Below are positions 61,317 through 64,000 of a stretch of 64,000 nucleotides of DNA, one piece after another. Every line of letters begins with the position of its first letter. The stretch's first letter is position 1. The notes beneath the pieces were generated by a model. That model saw nothing but the letters and a program-made list of their open reading frames with translations, ran no database searches and was not told where the DNA came from. Where the stretch lies: the NCBI GenBank assembly GCA_004321885.1, contig SCQK01000013.1, positions 1 to 64,000 of the forward strand, written 5' to 3'. This DNA is from Patescibacteria group bacterium. GTDB lineage: Bacteria; Patescibacteriota; Patescibacteriia; Magasanikbacterales; GWA2-37-8. The translations under genes were made by a program, and so were the position numbers.

Positions 61317-62075
61317 CTAAGACAGACCGTGTTTTTTCAGGATTATCTCTCTGGCGGCTTCAAATTCTTGCACTGCCCTTGTTTTCCAGAGTAATTTATA
61401 AAAAAATTTCGGAAACCAATGACTGTAGCCTTGTCTGCCGCGTGTAATTTTTTTGTATAAAACTTCCGGCACGAACACGCCGGTTTTATTTTGCTCCAGC
61501 ATGGTCAGCCACAAATCCCAGTCCTGAAAGCGCCTAAGAGATTCGTCCCAGCCAAAGGCTGGTCCGCCTTTGGCGGAAAAGCATTCTAAATAATCGGCTC
61601 TGCGTATCAACGAAGTGGTGTCAATATAATTATTTCTTTTCAATTTTTCGGCGTCAAAATTATGAGAGTTCATTTTTGTCCAGCCAAATTTGAACTGACA
61701 GTAGGCGTATGAAGCAGACGGATTTGCGCCCAGCGCCGCTAGCATTTTTTCCAGCATTTTTGGTTTGGCCACCGTGTCCGCGTCCCAAAAAATTACGTAT
61801 TCTCCCCTGCTTTCGGCCAATCCCCTGTTTCGCGCGGCCGCGGCGCCGCGATTTTCCTGCCGAACTACTTTGATATTCAGCGCCTCATAAACCGGCGTCA
61901 AAATTATTTCCTCCATCACCTTGGCAAAATTGTCCGTGCTGCCATCGTCCACCACAATCACCTCCGCCGGCTTTAGTGTCTGATTCGCAATACAATCAAA
62001 ACACCGCCCCAAAGTATGCGCGTGATTGTAAGCCGGAATAATAATGCTTATACCTTGCATAGCTGTTTCTCCCAC
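61317..62075 (-). CDS. Family 2 glycosyltransferase
   Basis: 'ISIIIPAYNHAHTLGRCFDCI...VIVVDDGSTD' and a DxD-like 'WDAD'. Confidence 0.85.
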   Translation of the reverse strand: MGETAMQGISIIIPAYNHAHTLGRCFDCIANQTLKPAEVIVVDDGSTDNFAKVMEEIILTPVYEALNIKVVRQENRGAAAARNRGLAESRGEYVIFWDADTVAKPKMLEKMLAALGANPSASYAYCQFKFGWTKMNSHNFDAEKLKRNNYIDTTSLIRRADYLECFSAKGGPAFGWDESLRRFQDWDLWLTMLEQNKTGVFVPEVLYKKITRGRQGYSHWFPKFFYKLLWKTRAVQEFEAAREIILKKHGLS

Positions 62076-63160
62076 TTAAATTCGGCCTCGGCGCGGGCGC
62101 GGCCGGCGGCGCCCATTTTTTTACCGTACTCGGCTTCGCGCAACAAGTCAACCACCGCGGCCACCACGCTCATATCCTGATACACATCCACCACCAACCC
62201 GGTTTCCAGGTGTTTCACGACTTCCTCCACTGCCCCGCTGCGGCCGGCCACCACCGGCAAGCCCGAAGCCGCGGCCTCCAAAAACACCGTGCCCCAGCCT
62301 TCTTCTCCCCTGGAGTCGTCGGGATGCGTAAGCAAAACAAACAAATCAGCTGTTTGATAATATTTGGGCAGCTCTTCGTACGAAATTTGCCCCACATAGC
62401 GCACCGTGTTTTGCAGGGAATTTTTCTGAATCTGTTCCATCAGCGCGGCCCGCTTGGGCCCGTCGCCGACAATAAGCCAAACTGCGTTGGGTATTTTTTC
62501 CAAAATTTGCGGCAGCAGGCGCGCCAGATGCGGGTAACCCTTGCCCTCGCCAATGCGGGACACGGTGAGGATTACTTTTTTGCCCGACAGCGCCAGCTGT
62601 GATTTGAGCGCGGTTAGTTTCTCGGGCGGCTCTTTGGCAAAAAAAATGTCAGCCGGACAGGGATAAATAATCTTGATTTTTTCCAAAGGGATTGCCTCAA
62701 ACGCGCCCGCGAATTTATTGCGCGTGAATTCGCTGTTTACAATAACGGCAGACGCCGCCCGGCACACACTTTCCAATTGCCGCCGCTTAAAGCGCGCGCC
62801 CAGTTCCAAATCCGCGCCATGAAAAAAAATCGTGTAGGGAATCTTTTTTCGCGACCAAAAATATCTCGCGACATAGCCCAGGGGCAAGGCGTGGTGCACG
62901 TGAATCGCTGAAATTTTTTCAGTTCTGATAATTTTTTTTATCTGCCAAATCAGGCGCAGCCAATGCGGCCACAAAAACCAATACGGTTTTCGGCGATAAA
63001 CCGGCCACGAATTTTTTTTGTCAAAATTCTCGCCTCCGGCCGTCTTTGGCGCGTAGACGATAATATCATTGGCCGGCGAATGCGCGCAATAATTATAAAC
63101 ATAAGAAGCAATGCCGCCGATCTGCGGTGGGTATTCCAGGGTGATAATCAAAATTTTCAT
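62048..63160 (-). CDS. Family 4 (GT-B) glycosyltransferase
   Basis: 'EGKGYPHLARL', 'EGWGTVFLEAAASGLPVV' (E-x7-E motif). Confidence 0.85.
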   Translation of the reverse strand: MKILIITLEYPPQIGGIASYVYNYCAHSPANDIIVYAPKTAGGENFDKKNSWPVYRRKPYWFLWPHWLRLIWQIKKIIRTEKISAIHVHHALPLGYVARYFWSRKKIPYTIFFHGADLELGARFKRRQLESVCRAASAVIVNSEFTRNKFAGAFEAIPLEKIKIIYPCPADIFFAKEPPEKLTALKSQLALSGKKVILTVSRIGEGKGYPHLARLLPQILEKIPNAVWLIVGDGPKRAALMEQIQKNSLQNTVRYVGQISYEELPKYYQTADLFVLLTHPDDSRGEEGWGTVFLEAAASGLPVVAGRSGAVEEVVKHLETGLVVDVYQDMSVVAAVVDLLREAEYGKKMGAAGRARAEAEFKWEKQLCKV

Positions 63161-64000
63161 ACCGGCTGTTTTTTTAATTTAGCTAAAAAGCCGAAGAGTA
63201 TTTGTTTGGTCAAACCGCCGCTCGCAAATAGTAGCGCGCCGTAAACAATCGCTCCAATGGGAATGGCGAGCAAAAAATGGACTCTTTGCGCCAAAAAATA
63301 AACCGCCATACCCATGACCAGGGCCGGCCATAAAGCGGCAAAGGCCTGCCGCGATATGTTTTTTATATTTAGCTCCGCGTACTTACGGGAAAAATAATAG
63401 CCCCCAACGCACAGCAAAATATTGCTGGCCAGCGCGGCAACGGCGGCGCCCGTAATTCCGATTCTCGGCAGCATTATAAGATTCAAAATCAAATTCAGCC
63501 CCAGGGCCGCGGCCAAAAGGCCGGTCTGGGTTCGCTGATGATTGGTGGCATTGATGAGCGCTCCGGTAATTAAAGACAAATAGCCGAATATCAAACTGAA
63601 CATTAAAATCTTTAATGGCCAAACAGACGGCGCGTACTCGGCTCCATAAATTAATTTAATGATCGGCTCGCCCAGCACAAACAAACCAATGGACAATGGG
63701 AAAACAGCATAGAATAAATAGCGCCACGATTTTTCAAACAGCGGCCCGATTAAGGCGCGCTCGCCCGTGTGCAAATTGGAAAAAACCGGATACACGCTGG
63801 CCGACAGGGCAATGGGAATAAATTGAAAAGCAAAGGTAATTTTGTATGGCACGCTCCACCAGCCCAACTCTTTGGCCGAAAGCATCTTGGACATCAGCAA
63901 AGAATCGCTGTATGAATACAGCCGCCCGATAATGCCGGCCAGGGCGAACGGCAGGGCCGCGATAATAAAAGTTTTGAAAACGGCTTTGTCAAAAGCGAAC
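63157..64000 (-). CDS. Wzx/MOP-family polysaccharide flippase (partial; continues beyond window end)
   Basis: Polytopic membrane protein. The reading frame stays open to position 64000, so the annotated TTG start at 63900 is probably not the true start. Confidence 0.6.
   Translation of the reverse strand, partial: FAFDKAVFKTFIIAALPFALAGIIGRLYSYSDSLLMSKMLSAKELGWWSVPYKITFAFQFIPIALSASVYPVFSNLHTGERALIGPLFEKSWRYLFYAVFPLSIGLFVLGEPIIKLIYGAEYAPSVWPLKILMFSLIFGYLSLITGALINATNHQRTQTGLLAAALGLNLILNLIMLPRIGITGAAVAALASNILLCVGGYYFSRKYAELNIKNISRQAFAALWPALVMGMAVYFLAQRVHFLLAIPIGAIVYGALLFASGGLTKQILFGFLAKLKKQPV

Overview
This 64 kb window is a gene-dense, roughly 50% GC stretch of bacterial chromosome. Its content and style suggest a small-genome Patescibacteria/CPR-like lineage (inference: compact genes, MetG without C-terminal domain, UvrD-nuclease fusion, a PriA-like gene lacking a Walker A motif, frequent Gly/Pro-rich inserts). 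Nearly all of it is housekeeping and envelope genes. From the left: a copper module (DUF1573 protein, small YHS/TRASH peptide, membrane protein, CopA), ThiI, a DEDDy exonuclease, and an Rrf2-IscS-NifU-ferredoxin Fe-S cluster. Then SIMPL, RsmI, MetG, CvpA, TatD, and a complete F1Fo ATP synthase operon (atpZ-like, B, E, F, H, A, G, D, C) with an AT-rich Fic-domain gene wedged between atpG and atpD. Then an EndoIII-like glycosylase, an ABC exporter, a 1 kb AT-rich islet (membrane protein plus variant HIT-like protein), a UvrD-PD-(D/E)xK helicase-nuclease, a DciA-like protein, mreBCD-mrdA, greA, metK, lysS, a housecleaning pair (cytidylyltransferase-like, RdgB-NUDIX fusion), serS, alr, ftsQ-like and a tyrosine recombinase. 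A minus-strand block follows (ddl, M23 peptidase, gltX, wecG/tagA, ligT), then clpB, typA(-), a Zn-ribbon/RGG protein(-), a second greA, a DacA-like PBP, a LigB-like protein, the PriA-like gene, def, fmt, an O-antigen-ligase-like membrane protein, an MBL hydrolase, and an exopolysaccharide tail (GT2, GT4, Wzx flippase, all minus). No rRNA, tRNA, CRISPR, transposase or integrase-flanked mobile element is recognisable. The most striking signal is two dispersed families of short stop-codon-free palindromic repeats. One is at least 15 copies of a C5-7/G5-7 hairpin carrying GGAGG, often exactly at the SD position before start codons. The other is at least 12 copies of a 'TGTCATTGCGAG...GAAGCAATCC' hairpin element. 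Both also sit in frame inside conserved housekeeping genes (rsmI, uvrD, atpG, fmt, metG, the glycosylase, the O-antigen-ligase-like gene), adding extra peptide segments, in the manner of Rickettsia palindromic elements. Other points are an unannotated 43-aa peptide with 11 cysteines, a CIRCE-like operator on clpB, and an operator-like array of CAATGTC half-sites before nifU.
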